NCBI GenBank assembly: GCA_049282095.1
Contig: JBAPTI010000031.1
Coordinates: 11,419 to 75,418 of the forward strand
Length of the DNA stretch: 64,000 nucleotides
Direction: 5' to 3'
Origin: Chthoniobacterales bacterium
Lineage (GTDB): Bacteria > Verrucomicrobiota > Verrucomicrobiia > Chthoniobacterales > UBA6821
Position numbers and translations under genes: made by a program. Below are positions 49,408 to 58,301 of the stretch, piece by piece. Positions within the stretch are counted from its first letter, which is position 1. Every line of letters begins with the position of its first letter. Under the pieces are notes generated by a model. The model did not search any database. It was not told where the DNA came from and saw only the letters and a program-made list of their open reading frames with translations.

Positions 49408-50130
49408 ATGCATAGTTCCCCCCGCAACTTCCTGCGAATGAGCGTGTTTGCGCTGATGGCCGTTGCCGGGGGCGTTTTATCCTCATGGGCGCAGGTGGCT
49501 CCCGCAGAGCCCGTGGAGAACGATCCCGTCCAGCCGGCCATCACCGTCTCGAAGCCGGTGGCCGACATGCCTCCCCCTTCCTCCTCCATGGGAGGGAACC
49601 CCTCCATGCCTGCCGGAATGGGAGCTGCCAACGGCGACTACGTTCTCAAGCCGGGCGACACCATTGATCTCATCATCTACCGTGAGCCGGATCTCAGTAT
49701 CCGCTCCAAGATCGGCAAGGACGGCATGGTTCAGCTTCCGCTGCTCGGCGAGATCAAGATGGGCGGCTTGACCGTCCGCAACGCCTCCACGCTGGTCCGC
49801 CAGAAATACAACGCCGACTACCTCGTCGAGCCCCAGATCTACCTGAATATCGCCGCCTACAACTCCCGCAAGTTCACCATTATCGGACAGGTGGGCAAGC
49901 CCGGCGCCTACGAGTTCGGAGGCGGGGAGGATCTCGGACTTCTCGAGGCCATCGGCATGGCCGGGGGATTCACCCGGATCGCCGACCGCGGCCGTGTCGT
50001 CATCAAGCGGCGCGAAGGCGTCTCCGTCAAGACGATCAAGGTTAATGCCAAGAAACTTTCCGACACGGGTGTCGATCAGTTCGTCATCCAGCCCGGCGAT
50101 GTCATCAATGTCGGGGAGAGTTGGTACTGA
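49408..50130 (+). CDS. Polysaccharide export protein (Wza-like: Poly_export + SLBB)
   Basis: YVLKPGDTIDLIIYREPDLS...GMVQLPLLGEIKMGGLT...FTIIGQVGKPGAY...LLEAIGMAGGFT. Confidence 0.85.
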   Translation: MHSSPRNFLRMSVFALMAVAGGVLSSWAQVAPAEPVENDPVQPAITVSKPVADMPPPSSSMGGNPSMPAGMGAANGDYVLKPGDTIDLIIYREPDLSIRSKIGKDGMVQLPLLGEIKMGGLTVRNASTLVRQKYNADYLVEPQIYLNIAAYNSRKFTIIGQVGKPGAYEFGGGEDLGLLEAIGMAGGFTRIADRGRVVIKRREGVSVKTIKVNAKKLSDTGVDQFVIQPGDVINVGESWY

Positions 50131-50151
50131 TCCCCCTCCTTTCAATTACCG

Positions 50152-52515
50152 ATGAATTCCCCAGTTCCCATGACTCCTGCCGCGAATCATCCTGCCCCGG
50201 GGCATGGCCATCACGCCCATGCGGGCGGATTTGACTGGCGGGAGTATTACTTTGCGCTGAAGGCCCGTGCATGGATCGTCATTGCGTGCGTGATCCTTGC
50301 GACGCTCTGGGGAGTCTTCTCTGCGGCGACCCAGCAGGGACTCTACACCGCGCGCTGCGTCCTCTTCATCGAACAGGTCAAGAGCCGGGTGCTCAACACC
50401 AAGGTGGAGGATGTCCGCGATGACCAGATCAAGTCGATCGACATGATCAACACCCTCGTCGACCTCCTCCGCAGCTATCCCTTCGCGCTTCGTGTGGTCA
50501 ACCACCTCCAGCTTGCCCGCGACCGCGAGTTTCTGGCCGCGGTCGGACTTTCCGGGAAAGAGACATCCCCGGAACGCGCCGCCGGCGCCCTTGCGAGGAT
50601 GGTCAGCCCCAGCTACCGGCTCAACACCCGCCTCATCGACATCAACCTCACCACCCGGAACCCCTCCCTCTCCGTCAAGCTGGCCAATGCCTACGCCGAG
50701 GAATATCTCCGCTACATCCATGACCAGAGGGCCGAGGCCACCCGTTCCGCCAGCACCTTCCTCATGGAAGAGTCCGACAGGTTGCGCAAGAAGATGAAGG
50801 CATCCGAAGAGGGGATGCAGAACTTCCGCGAGCGCGAGCGTGCGGCATCCATGGAGTCGATGCTGCTCGAGGCGCAGAACCAGCTCACCCAGCTCTCCGC
50901 CCGCCAGAGCGCCATCCAGTCCAAGCTCACCCAGATCAACAGTGACCTCGAGATCGCCCGCGCGAACAAGGGGAAGACCGAGGAACTCCTCCGCCTTCCC
51001 AGCGTCGCCGGAGAGCCCAAGGTTGCCGCGCTGGTCGCCCAGCAGTCGAGCCTGGACAAGCAGTTCATCCTCATCCAGCAACGCTACCGCGCCAAGCACC
51101 CCGCCTACATCAACATCAAGACCCAGCTCGACCTCGGCAAGTCCGAGCTGGACAAGGTGCTCAACGACATCGTCGGCCTTCTCGATTCCATCCGCAGCAG
51201 CCTGCTGGCCCAGCAGGCCGCCGCCAATGCCGAGCGCGAGAGCGCCGAGAAGCGCCTGCTCGAGGTCACCAGCAAGTCCATCGAGTACAACGACCTCAAG
51301 CGCGAGTTGGAGAGCGACACCGCCCTCTACGGCGCCGTCATTGGACGCATCAAGGAAGTCGATGTCACCAAGGAACTCTCCGAATCCCCCGTCGTGATCC
51401 AGGAAAAGGCGAGCGGAGCCTTCCCTGTCAGCAAGCCCCCCCTCAAGATCCTCCTCCAGGCCATGCTATCCGGATTGGCCGTGGGTGTCGGCATCGTCCT
51501 TGCCCTGCACAAGCTTGATACCAGCACCAAGAGCGTCGATCAGCTCGAGCAGCTCACCGGTATCGACGTCGCCGCGGCCATCCCGCAGATCGGCGGCAAT
51601 GCCGCCGCCCGCTTCGGCATCTTCACCAAGGAACAGCAGCAGCAACTGCTCGGATCCTGGAAATCGGCCAAGACCATGATCCTTGACGCATCGGTGCCTC
51701 CGCGTGCGCGACTCTCGCGGATCCACGAGATCCTCAGTCCAGCCATCGCCATGATCGCCCACCCCCACATCTCCACCGTGCTTCCGCGCGGCGGCGAGTT
51801 GGTGGTGAAACAGGACCGCAGCGGCGTCGTGGCGGAAGCCTTCCGCTCGCTTCGCGCCAGTGTGGCCATGAACGCCCGCGTCGAGAGCCAGCGCTCCTTC
51901 CTCCTGACCAGCGCCATCCCGTCGGAGGGCAAGTCCTTCTGCACCTCCAACTTCGCCGTCACCCTCGCACAGCAGGGACTCAGGACTCTCCTCATCGATG
52001 CCGATCTCCGCAAGCCCACCATCTCCGGCATCTTCTTCGGGATGAACCGCAAGCCCGGACTCACCGAAGTCCTGATCGGATCGGCCTCATTGACGGATGC
52101 CGTGCACTCCTCGGGCGTCGAGGGACTCTCGATCCTCACCGCCGGGGGGCGCTCCTCCAATCCCTCCGAACTACTGGCCGGAAAGCCCTTCCGTGATTTC
52201 ATGGTCGAGGCCCTCAGGCAGTATGACCGCGTCGTCATTGATTCCGCCCCCATCCTGGCTGTGAGCGACACGCTGCTTCTCGCCCCCTCCGTCGATGTCG
52301 TCTGCCTCGTAGTCCGCGCCTTCATGACCCCGCGCAAGATGATCCAGCGGGCTCTCAAGTCGCTTCAGGATATCCATGTGAAGCCCGCCGGACTTGTCTT
52401 CAACTGCATCCCTGCCGGCAGCGAGGCCTATTCCTACTCCGGCAAGTATTACGGCTCCTACGGCAGCAAAGGAGTGTATGGAAGTCCGGTTGAAGGGGAA
52501 AAAGCCGAAGGTTAA
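50152..52515 (+). CDS. Polysaccharide co-polymerase / BY-type tyrosine autokinase (Wzc/GumC-like)
   Basis: N-terminal Wzz-type TM and coiled-coil periplasmic domain. The C-terminal kinase has Walker A SAIPSEGKS, Walker B VVIDSAP and a Tyr-rich tail (YSYSGKYYGSYGSKGVYG). Confidence 0.88.
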   Translation: MNSPVPMTPAANHPAPGHGHHAHAGGFDWREYYFALKARAWIVIACVILATLWGVFSAATQQGLYTARCVLFIEQVKSRVLNTKVEDVRDDQIKSIDMINTLVDLLRSYPFALRVVNHLQLARDREFLAAVGLSGKETSPERAAGALARMVSPSYRLNTRLIDINLTTRNPSLSVKLANAYAEEYLRYIHDQRAEATRSASTFLMEESDRLRKKMKASEEGMQNFRERERAASMESMLLEAQNQLTQLSARQSAIQSKLTQINSDLEIARANKGKTEELLRLPSVAGEPKVAALVAQQSSLDKQFILIQQRYRAKHPAYINIKTQLDLGKSELDKVLNDIVGLLDSIRSSLLAQQAAANAERESAEKRLLEVTSKSIEYNDLKRELESDTALYGAVIGRIKEVDVTKELSESPVVIQEKASGAFPVSKPPLKILLQAMLSGLAVGVGIVLALHKLDTSTKSVDQLEQLTGIDVAAAIPQIGGNAAARFGIFTKEQQQQLLGSWKSAKTMILDASVPPRARLSRIHEILSPAIAMIAHPHISTVLPRGGELVVKQDRSGVVAEAFRSLRASVAMNARVESQRSFLLTSAIPSEGKSFCTSNFAVTLAQQGLRTLLIDADLRKPTISGIFFGMNRKPGLTEVLIGSASLTDAVHSSGVEGLSILTAGGRSSNPSELLAGKPFRDFMVEALRQYDRVVIDSAPILAVSDTLLLAPSVDVVCLVVRAFMTPRKMIQRALKSLQDIHVKPAGLVFNCIPAGSEAYSYSGKYYGSYGSKGVYGSPVEGEKAEG

Positions 52516-52790
52516 GGAAGCGCTGATTAAATCGCATAGAGGCCGTTGCGGGAAGAACTGGCCGCGGGCAAGGCGGCTTGGCACGAGCATCCCCGCAGCG
52601 GGCTGTAAGTGCCAAGCCAACGCAGCCCCCGGCCTGTTATCTCCGCAACCCGCAGGGCTGACGTCATTTGTCGATTTTTGCGGCGTTGCTTGCTAGGGCG
52701 AGACCACTGCGGGTATCGCCCAGCGCTCGCGCCTTCAAAAATCAGCAAATGCTCTTCAGCGGCCTTCATGGGATTTAATCAGCGTTTCCT
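52515..52790 (-). mobile_element. MITE, full copy (276 bp), TA flanks
   Basis: TIRs AGGAAGCGCTGATTAAATC and GATTTAATCAGCGTTTCCT. A TA sits at 52513-14 and at 52791-92. The first element base completes the TAA stop of the Wzc-like gene. Confidence 0.88.
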
Positions 52791-52847
52791 TAAGGAACCG
52801 CAGTTCCCTGCTCTCACTTTCTCCTTGGTTCTTTCTTCCCCTTCAGG

Positions 52848-52885
52848 GTTTTAGCCTTTAGCCTTCGGCCTTTAAACCTTTCCCC
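52848..52885 (+). repeat. Period-7 leader array GTTTTAG CCTTTAG CCTTCGG CCTTTAA ACCTTTC CCC directly abutting the uxs ATG
   Basis: Read directly from the sequence. The same GTTTTAG-initiated array type occurs at 54625, 56319 and 57816. Confidence 0.75.
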
Positions 52886-53821
52886 ATGCGTATCCTCATC
52901 ACCGGCGGAGCCGGATTCCTAGGTTCCCACCTCTGTGACCGCCTCATCGAGCAGGGTCACGACATCATCTGCCTCGACAACTTCTTCACCGGTCGCAAGG
53001 CCAACATTCAGCATCTCGTCGGCAATCCCCACTTCGAACTCGTCCGTCACGACGTGATCGACCCGTTCAAGTTCGAGGTCGATCGCATCTACAACCTCGC
53101 CTGCCCCGCTTCCCCTCCTCACTACCAGTACAACCCTATCAAGACCATGAAGACCTCCGTGGTGGGGGCCATCAACTGCCTCGGCCTCGCCAAGAGGGTC
53201 AAGGCACGCGTCTTCCAAGCCTCCACCTCCGAGGTTTACGGGGATCCCAACGTCCATCCCCAGCCCGAGGCCTACTGGGGCCATGTGAACCCCATCGGAC
53301 TACGCTCCTGCTACGACGAGGGGAAGCGCGCGGCCGAGACCCTCTTCTTCGACTATCACCGCGAGAACGGGGTCGACATCCGCGTCATCCGCATCTTCAA
53401 CACCTACGGCCCCCGCATGCTCCCCGACGACGGACGCGTCGTCTCCAACTTCATCGTCCAGGCACTTCAGGGCAAGGACCTCACCGTCTACGGAGAGGGC
53501 TCCCAGACACGCTCCTTCTGCTATGTCGACGACCTCGTCGACGGCTTCATGCGCTTCATGGAGCAGGAGAAGATCGTCGGCCCCATGAACCTCGGTAACC
53601 CCGGCGAGTTCACCATGCTCCAGCTCGCCGAACTCGTCCTCAAGAAGGTAGGCGGCAAGAGCAAGATCACCCACCTCCCGCTTCCTTCCGACGATCCGAA
53701 GCAGCGCCGTCCCGACATCACCCTCGCCAAGGAAACCCTCGGCTGGGAACCGAAAGTCCCTCTCGAAGCCGGCATTGAGAAGACCATCGCGTATTTCAGC
53801 GAAGCGCTTAAGAAAGGCTAA
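52886..53821 (+). CDS. uxs: UDP-glucuronate decarboxylase (UDP-xylose synthase)
   Basis: SDR with [14 protein letters not shown], the catalytic YDEGKR motif, and UXS-like sequence along its full length. Confidence 0.9.
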   Translation: MRILITGGAGFLGSHLCDRLIEQGHDIICLDNFFTGRKANIQHLVGNPHFELVRHDVIDPFKFEVDRIYNLACPASPPHYQYNPIKTMKTSVVGAINCLGLAKRVKARVFQASTSEVYGDPNVHPQPEAYWGHVNPIGLRSCYDEGKRAAETLFFDYHRENGVDIRVIRIFNTYGPRMLPDDGRVVSNFIVQALQGKDLTVYGEGSQTRSFCYVDDLVDGFMRFMEQEKIVGPMNLGNPGEFTMLQLAELVLKKVGGKSKITHLPLPSDDPKQRRPDITLAKETLGWEPKVPLEAGIEKTIAYFSEALKKG

Positions 53822-53910
53822 AGGCGAAAGGCTAAAGGCTAAAGGCTAAAGGCTAAAGGCTAAAGGCTAAAGGCTAAAGGCTAAAGGCTAAAGGCGAAAG
53901 GCGAAAGGAT
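53813..53910 (+). repeat. Heptanucleotide tandem array, 14 units (AAAGGCT x10, AAAGGCG x3, AAAGGAT x1)
   Basis: Units were counted from 53813 in steps of 7. The array starts in the last codons of uxs and contains its TAA stop (53819-21). Confidence 0.95.
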
Positions 53911-54113
53911 GGAACCAACGGGCGTTCCAAGTCTCTTGGAAGAGATGAGGAGAAATTTCCGTAGGCAAGCCCGTGAGGGCGGCACGGTTTTGCGAGTTCA
54001 AAGTGCCGTTCAACCGAGCGGGAGCTATCGAGTGCAAAACATGCGCGGAAGAGCCCGCGAAGCGGGGCCCGGAGTTCGGGTTGAAAGGCTCTCTTAAAAA
54101 AACGCCGTCTGCA

Positions 54114-54467
54114 GTGGTGAAAAACGATCTTCAGGAGCGAACAAAGGCCTTTGGATTGCAGGTCATTGATCTTGTCGAGCGTCTACCTATGAGCAGATCC
54201 GGTGACGCGGTTGCCCGGCAACTTATTCGATCAGGCACCTCGATTGGCGCGAATTACCGTGAGGCTAGCCGAGCCCAATCCAAGGACGACTTCATTCACA
54301 AGGTGGCACTCTCCACCAAAGAAGCATCCGAGGCGGCGTTCTGGCTGGAATTGATATCCGAATCGCCCCATTTAAAAACTGCGGGCTCAGTTGAACTTTC
54401 TCAAGAGGCTAGGGAGCTATTGGCTATCTTCACCACGATAGGAAAGAACGCCAATTCAGGACATTGA
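54114..54467 (+). CDS. Four-helix-bundle protein of the 23S rRNA intervening-sequence (IVS) protein family
   Basis: AFGLQVIDLVERLP...ARQLIRSGTSIGANYREASRAQSKDDFIHKVALSTKEASEAAFWLELI is the family signature as I recall it. A GTG start at 54114 gives the typical ~117 aa, so the upstream part of the track ORF is probably non-coding. Confidence 0.8.
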   Translation: MVKNDLQERTKAFGLQVIDLVERLPMSRSGDAVARQLIRSGTSIGANYREASRAQSKDDFIHKVALSTKEASEAAFWLELISESPHLKTAGSVELSQEARELLAIFTTIGKNANSGH

Positions 54468-54582
54468 CCGGGGCTATTTCCTTCCCTCTTCTTGTTTTAT
54501 CCTTTATCTTCCCCTCTTTGCCCATCAGAACCTCTCTCGCCCTTATCCTTCCGTCTTTCCCACATTCCCGTGTTTCTGATTT

Positions 54583-54660
54583 TTTAGCATTTCACCTTTA
54601 GCCTTTCCCTTTTTTCTCTTTCAGGTTTTAGCCTTCAGCATTTCACCTTCAGCCTTTCCT
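54583..54660 (+). repeat. Period-7 pyrimidine-rich leader array (TTTAGCA TTTCACC TTTAGCC TTTCCCT ... GTTTTAG CCTTCAG CATTTCA CCTTCAG CCTTTCC) abutting the ugd ATG
   Basis: Eleven 7-nt units were read from 54583 to 54659. It contains stretches complementary to the AAAGGCT array. Confidence 0.75.
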
Positions 54661-56028
54661 ATGTCCACCACCATCTGCTGTCTCGGCGCCGGTTATGTCG
54701 GCGGTCCCACCATGGCCATGATCGCCGCCAAGTGCCCCGATATCCGGGTCACCGTCTGTGATCCCAACGAGAAGCGCATTGCCGCCTGGAATTCCGACGC
54801 GCTTCCCGTTTACGAGCCCGGCCTTCAGGAAGTCGTCGAATCCGCCCGCGGGAAGAACCTCTTCTTCTCCACCGATGTCCGCAAGGCCATCCGCGAATCC
54901 GACATCATCTTCGTCAGCGTCGGCACCCCGACCAAGACCTACGGAGTCGGTGCCGGCCGCGCCGCCGATCTCAAGTACATTGAGGCTGCTGCCCGCATGA
55001 TCGCCGAGGAGGCCGTCGGCCCCAAGGTCATCGTCGAGAAGAGCACAATTCCCGTGAAGACCGCCGAGGCCATGCTCACCATCCTCCGGTCCAATTCCAA
55101 GAACGGCACCTTCCAGGTCCTCTCCAATCCCGAGTTCCTCGCCGAGGGAACGGCCATCGACGATCTGAACAATCCCGACCGCGTCCTCATCGGCGGCGAG
55201 CAGACCCCCGAGGGACTGGCCGCCATCGAGAAAGTCGTCTCCATCTACGCCCGCTGGATCCCCCGCGAGAAGATCCTCACCACCAACCTCTGGTCCTCCG
55301 AGCTTTCCAAGCTCGTGGCCAATGCCTTCCTCGCCCAGCGCATCTCCTCGATCAATTCGATTTCGGCTCTCTGCGAGGCTACCGGGGCGGATGTCGACGA
55401 GGTCGCCCGCGCCATCGGCAAGGACTCGCGCATCGGGCCCAAGTTCCTCAAGGCCTCCGTCGGCTACGGCGGCTCCTGCTTCCAGAAGGACATCCTGAAC
55501 CTCACTTACCTCTGCCAGCACTTCGGCCTGCCCGAGGTCGCCGCCTACTGGGAGAGCGTGGTGAAGATCAACGACTGGCAGAAGGCACGCTTCAGCGGCC
55601 GCATCGTCCGCGACCTCTTCAACACCGTCAACGGCAAGCACATCGGTATCCTTGGATTCGCCTTCAAGAAGGACACCAACGACACCCGTGAGACAGCCGC
55701 CATCGCCGTCTGCCGCGACCTTCTCGCCGAAGGGGCCAAGGTCGTCGTCTACGATCCCCAGGTCGGGGAGGAACAGATCCGTTCCGAGGTCCTCGGCACC
55801 GGAACCAACCCCAACCTCGTCGTCGTCAAGACCGCCATGGAAGCCTGCGACGGTGCCCATGCCGTCGCCATCCTCACCGAGTGGGACGAGTTCAAGGATC
55901 TCGACTTCAAGAAGATCCACGACGGCATGCTCAAGCCCGCCTTCCTCTTCGACGGACGGAATATCCTGCCGCACGCCAAGCTCAAGGAGATCGGCTTCCG
56001 TCTCTTCGCCATCGGCAAGCCTGCATAG
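54661..56028 (+). CDS. ugd: UDP-glucose 6-dehydrogenase
   Basis: N-terminal Rossmann [13 protein letters not shown], catalytic GGSCFQKD, and UGDH-like sequence along its full length. Confidence 0.92.
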   Translation: MSTTICCLGAGYVGGPTMAMIAAKCPDIRVTVCDPNEKRIAAWNSDALPVYEPGLQEVVESARGKNLFFSTDVRKAIRESDIIFVSVGTPTKTYGVGAGRAADLKYIEAAARMIAEEAVGPKVIVEKSTIPVKTAEAMLTILRSNSKNGTFQVLSNPEFLAEGTAIDDLNNPDRVLIGGEQTPEGLAAIEKVVSIYARWIPREKILTTNLWSSELSKLVANAFLAQRISSINSISALCEATGADVDEVARAIGKDSRIGPKFLKASVGYGGSCFQKDILNLTYLCQHFGLPEVAAYWESVVKINDWQKARFSGRIVRDLFNTVNGKHIGILGFAFKKDTNDTRETAAIAVCRDLLAEGAKVVVYDPQVGEEQIRSEVLGTGTNPNLVVVKTAMEACDGAHAVAILTEWDEFKDLDFKKIHDGMLKPAFLFDGRNILPHAKLKEIGFRLFAIGKPA

Positions 56029-56113
56029 AGCGGGCTTGTTCAATGGGGGAGGGGAGCGGACTCCGCGCTCTGCCCAGAGCCTTGGTTCCCAGCTACCAGC
56101 TACCACTCTTTCT

Positions 56114-56162
56114 TTGTTCATTTTCTGTTGAACAAATGCGTTGTTCGATTATTTTTGAACAA
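56114..56162. promoter_or_regulatory. Two tandem inverted repeats TTGTTC-N10-GAACAA (56114-56135 and 56141-56162): candidate operator
   Basis: Both half-site pairs are perfect and have identical 10-nt spacing, with a 27-nt centre-to-centre distance. An extra half-site TTGTTCAA lies at 56036-43. Confidence 0.55.
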
Positions 56163-56390
56163 TCAGGCCCCTGCTTTTCCAAGCGTGAAGCCCCTTCATC
56201 CAGACCCCCCGCTGGTAAAACCCTCCCCGGTTGCCAAGGGCGGCAGCATTGCCCGTCATCCCGCCGCCTTGGTTGCCTTTCCTGGCCTTTCGACAACCCT
56301 CAACCTCCCTCATCTCGTGTTTTAGCTTTTAACTTTCCGCTTTTTCACTTTCCCCCCTAACAGCCTAACAGTCTTCAGTCTAAAAGCCTT

Positions 56391-56867
56391 ATGCAAACCC
56401 TCACTCCCTTCCAGCGTGAATCCGTGGAGCTATTCGTGGGGGCCTTTGCGGTTCTCTCCCTGCCGCGTTCCCTGGGGGAGATCTACGGCCTCATCTACAG
56501 CAGTGAGGAGCCCTTGGCCTTCGACGATCTTGTCAACCGCCTCGACCTGAGCAAGGGCTCCGTGAGCGAGGGTTTGCGCCTGCTACGCTCCCTCGGGGCC
56601 GTGAACCTCGTACATGTTGCGGATTCCCGCAAGGAGCATTTCACCGCCGAGACCAGCCTCCGCAAGCTAGCCGGCGGCTACCTCCGCGACCGCATCGAGC
56701 CCTACCTGAGTGGAGGGGAGGCACGGATCAACTCCCTCCGTAAGGTATGCGACAACGACACCTCACGGTCCGATTTCCAAGAGAAGCGCATCAACCAACT
56801 CCTCTCCTGGCACCGCTTCTTCAGCAAAGTCCTGCCTGTCTTCAAGACCCTCGCAGGGAAGACATAA
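56391..56867 (+). CDS. GbsR/MarR-like winged-helix transcriptional regulator
   Basis: 158-aa ORF. LPRSLGEIYGLIYSSEEPLAFDDLVNRLDLSKGSVSEGLRLLRSLGAV resembles the GbsR-type wHTH. Confidence 0.65.
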   Translation: MQTLTPFQRESVELFVGAFAVLSLPRSLGEIYGLIYSSEEPLAFDDLVNRLDLSKGSVSEGLRLLRSLGAVNLVHVADSRKEHFTAETSLRKLAGGYLRDRIEPYLSGGEARINSLRKVCDNDTSRSDFQEKRINQLLSWHRFFSKVLPVFKTLAGKT

Positions 56868-57048
56868 TGAAGGTTTAGACGATATAAATAAACGGCTCCT
56901 CACTGTTTTCAAGGCACTCAAGGGGCTCCTCTGTTATCATGGCATGTTCCCTCCTACCCCTTCGCACTCTCTCCTTTTGAACTCCGTGCTGGATCATGTT
57001 TTTTCTTCCTGCTCATTCACTGATTGACAGAGTACAATACTACACAGT

Positions 57049-57381
57049 ATGGTATTTATTGAATTCCCCGCTTTTACCAAGACCATCACCAAACTGCCTG
57101 ATGAAGACTATGCCACCTTTCAGCATGAACTCCTCGTTGACCCAGAAATGGGCGATCTCATCCGTGGCACGGGTGGATTTCGCAAAGCTCGAATGGCCTT
57201 TCCAAGCGTGGGAATCGGTAAGAGCGGAGGAGCTCGCGTCATCTACCTCCATATCAAAGAACTACAGACCATCATCCTGGTAACACTCTATGCAAAATCA
57301 AAAAAATCAGACCTCAGTCGCGCGGAAGAAAACGAACTCCGTTTCCTCGCTGCGCAAATCCGCAGCACTCTCGGTGCTTGA
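57049..57381 (+). CDS. RelE/HigB-2-like toxin
   Basis: 110-aa ORF with F..F.K....L.....F...L...P..G.LI.GTGG.RK.R and GKSGGARVIY motifs typical of HigB-2-type toxins. The gene order is toxin first. Confidence 0.7.
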   Translation: MVFIEFPAFTKTITKLPDEDYATFQHELLVDPEMGDLIRGTGGFRKARMAFPSVGIGKSGGARVIYLHIKELQTIILVTLYAKSKKSDLSRAEENELRFLAAQIRSTLGA

Positions 57382-57682
57382 TGGATTGGAGTCATTCAGT
57401 GGTGCTAGCCTGATTGAGGCGACACAGGAGGGGGTCGCAGCTCTTAAGGCAAAAAAAACACTGCGAACCAGTAAGATCGCTCCCCCTGTCACTCTTGATC
57501 CCCGGCAGATCGCCGAAATCCGTTCCTCGCTGAATGCCAGCCAAGGGGTTTTTGCCTCCTACCTCGGTGTCAGCAAAGCGGCGGTCGTGGCTTGGGAATA
57601 CGGAGTACGTCAGCCCTCAGGAGCGGCCTTGAAGCTCCTGTCGATTGCCCGTAAGAACCCCAGCGTCCTAGTCGCCTCCTGA
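57374..57682 (+). CDS. XRE-family HTH antitoxin (HigA-2-like)
   Basis: The HTH IRSSLNASQGVFASYLGVSKAAVVAWEYGVRQPSGAALKLLSIARKNP is typical of the family. The start is assumed at GTG 57374, overlapping the toxin stop, but TTG 57386 is also possible. Confidence 0.65.
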   Translation: MLDGLESFSGASLIEATQEGVAALKAKKTLRTSKIAPPVTLDPRQIAEIRSSLNASQGVFASYLGVSKAAVVAWEYGVRQPSGAALKLLSIARKNPSVLVAS

Positions 57683-57697
57683 AAGCCTGCCTTCCTT

Positions 57698-57795
57698 GGG
57701 AGCCGCTGATTAAATCGCATGGAAGCCGTTGCGGGAAGCTGTAACGGATGCGAAGCAACGGCCGGGCAAGCCATGGACCGCATCCCTGCGGCTTG
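57698..57795 (-). mobile_element. MITE fragment (one end, module-containing subtype)
   Basis: GGGAGCCGCTGATTAAATCGCATGGAAGCCGTTGCGGGAAG followed by the CTGTAACGGATGCGAAGCAACGGCCGGGCAAGC module. The other end is absent. Confidence 0.75.
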
Positions 57796-57926
57796 GTGCT
57801 CGACTCGGTTTCCCCGTTTTAGCCTTAAGCCTTTAAACTTTAGCCTTTCGCTTTTGACGGCACTTGCAGGGAGGATCTAAAGAGATTCCAATTGATGGTT
57901 TACTTTAGGGCGATATAAATAAAGCG

Positions 57927-58043
57927 ATGTTCAACCGGTTTGTGGGTCAGAGTTTTGAAAAAGACTTTGCCAAGCCCTTTGTCCACATCCTCTTTGGCGC
58001 TCGGCAGACCGGTAAGTCTTCACTGGTCCGAAGTCTGATGTGA
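57927..58043 (+). pseudogene. Truncated 5' fragment of an AAA-ATPase gene (AAA_14/DUF4143-type)
   Basis: It encodes MFNRFVGQSFEKDFAKPFVHILFGARQTGKSSLVRSLM then a stop. There is a Walker A GxxxxGKS but only 38 codons, whereas full-length family members are about 400 aa. Confidence 0.6.
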
Positions 58044-58301
58044 TGAACCACGACCAGATCCGCAGACTCTGATCCGGCCAATTTTTCGCTTTGTAACGCT
58101 TCAACGTTCTAACCTTTTCAACCTCCTCGAGACCCCCTCCTTCCCTAACAGTCCAACAGCCTTTTGTCTGGCGATCTCCCCGGATCAGCCATCCTCGATC
58201 TGCAGATCTTCGGACTACTCGCCTAAGCCTCGTATGACATCGACGAAGGAGAGGCAAGCAAAGCCACTTACCCAAGCGCCTTTTGTCTAAAAGCCTCATC
58301 C

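Noticed and set aside
53813-53910. Tandem array considered as a CRISPR
   Set aside because: The units are 7 nt with no spacers, and there are no cas genes. It is a microsatellite-type heptamer array.
57024-57051. TTGACA at 57024-29 and TACAAT at 57033-38 as the higBA promoter
   Set aside because: The two hexamers are only 3 nt apart, and no properly spaced partner hexamer is convincing. It is not reported as a feature.
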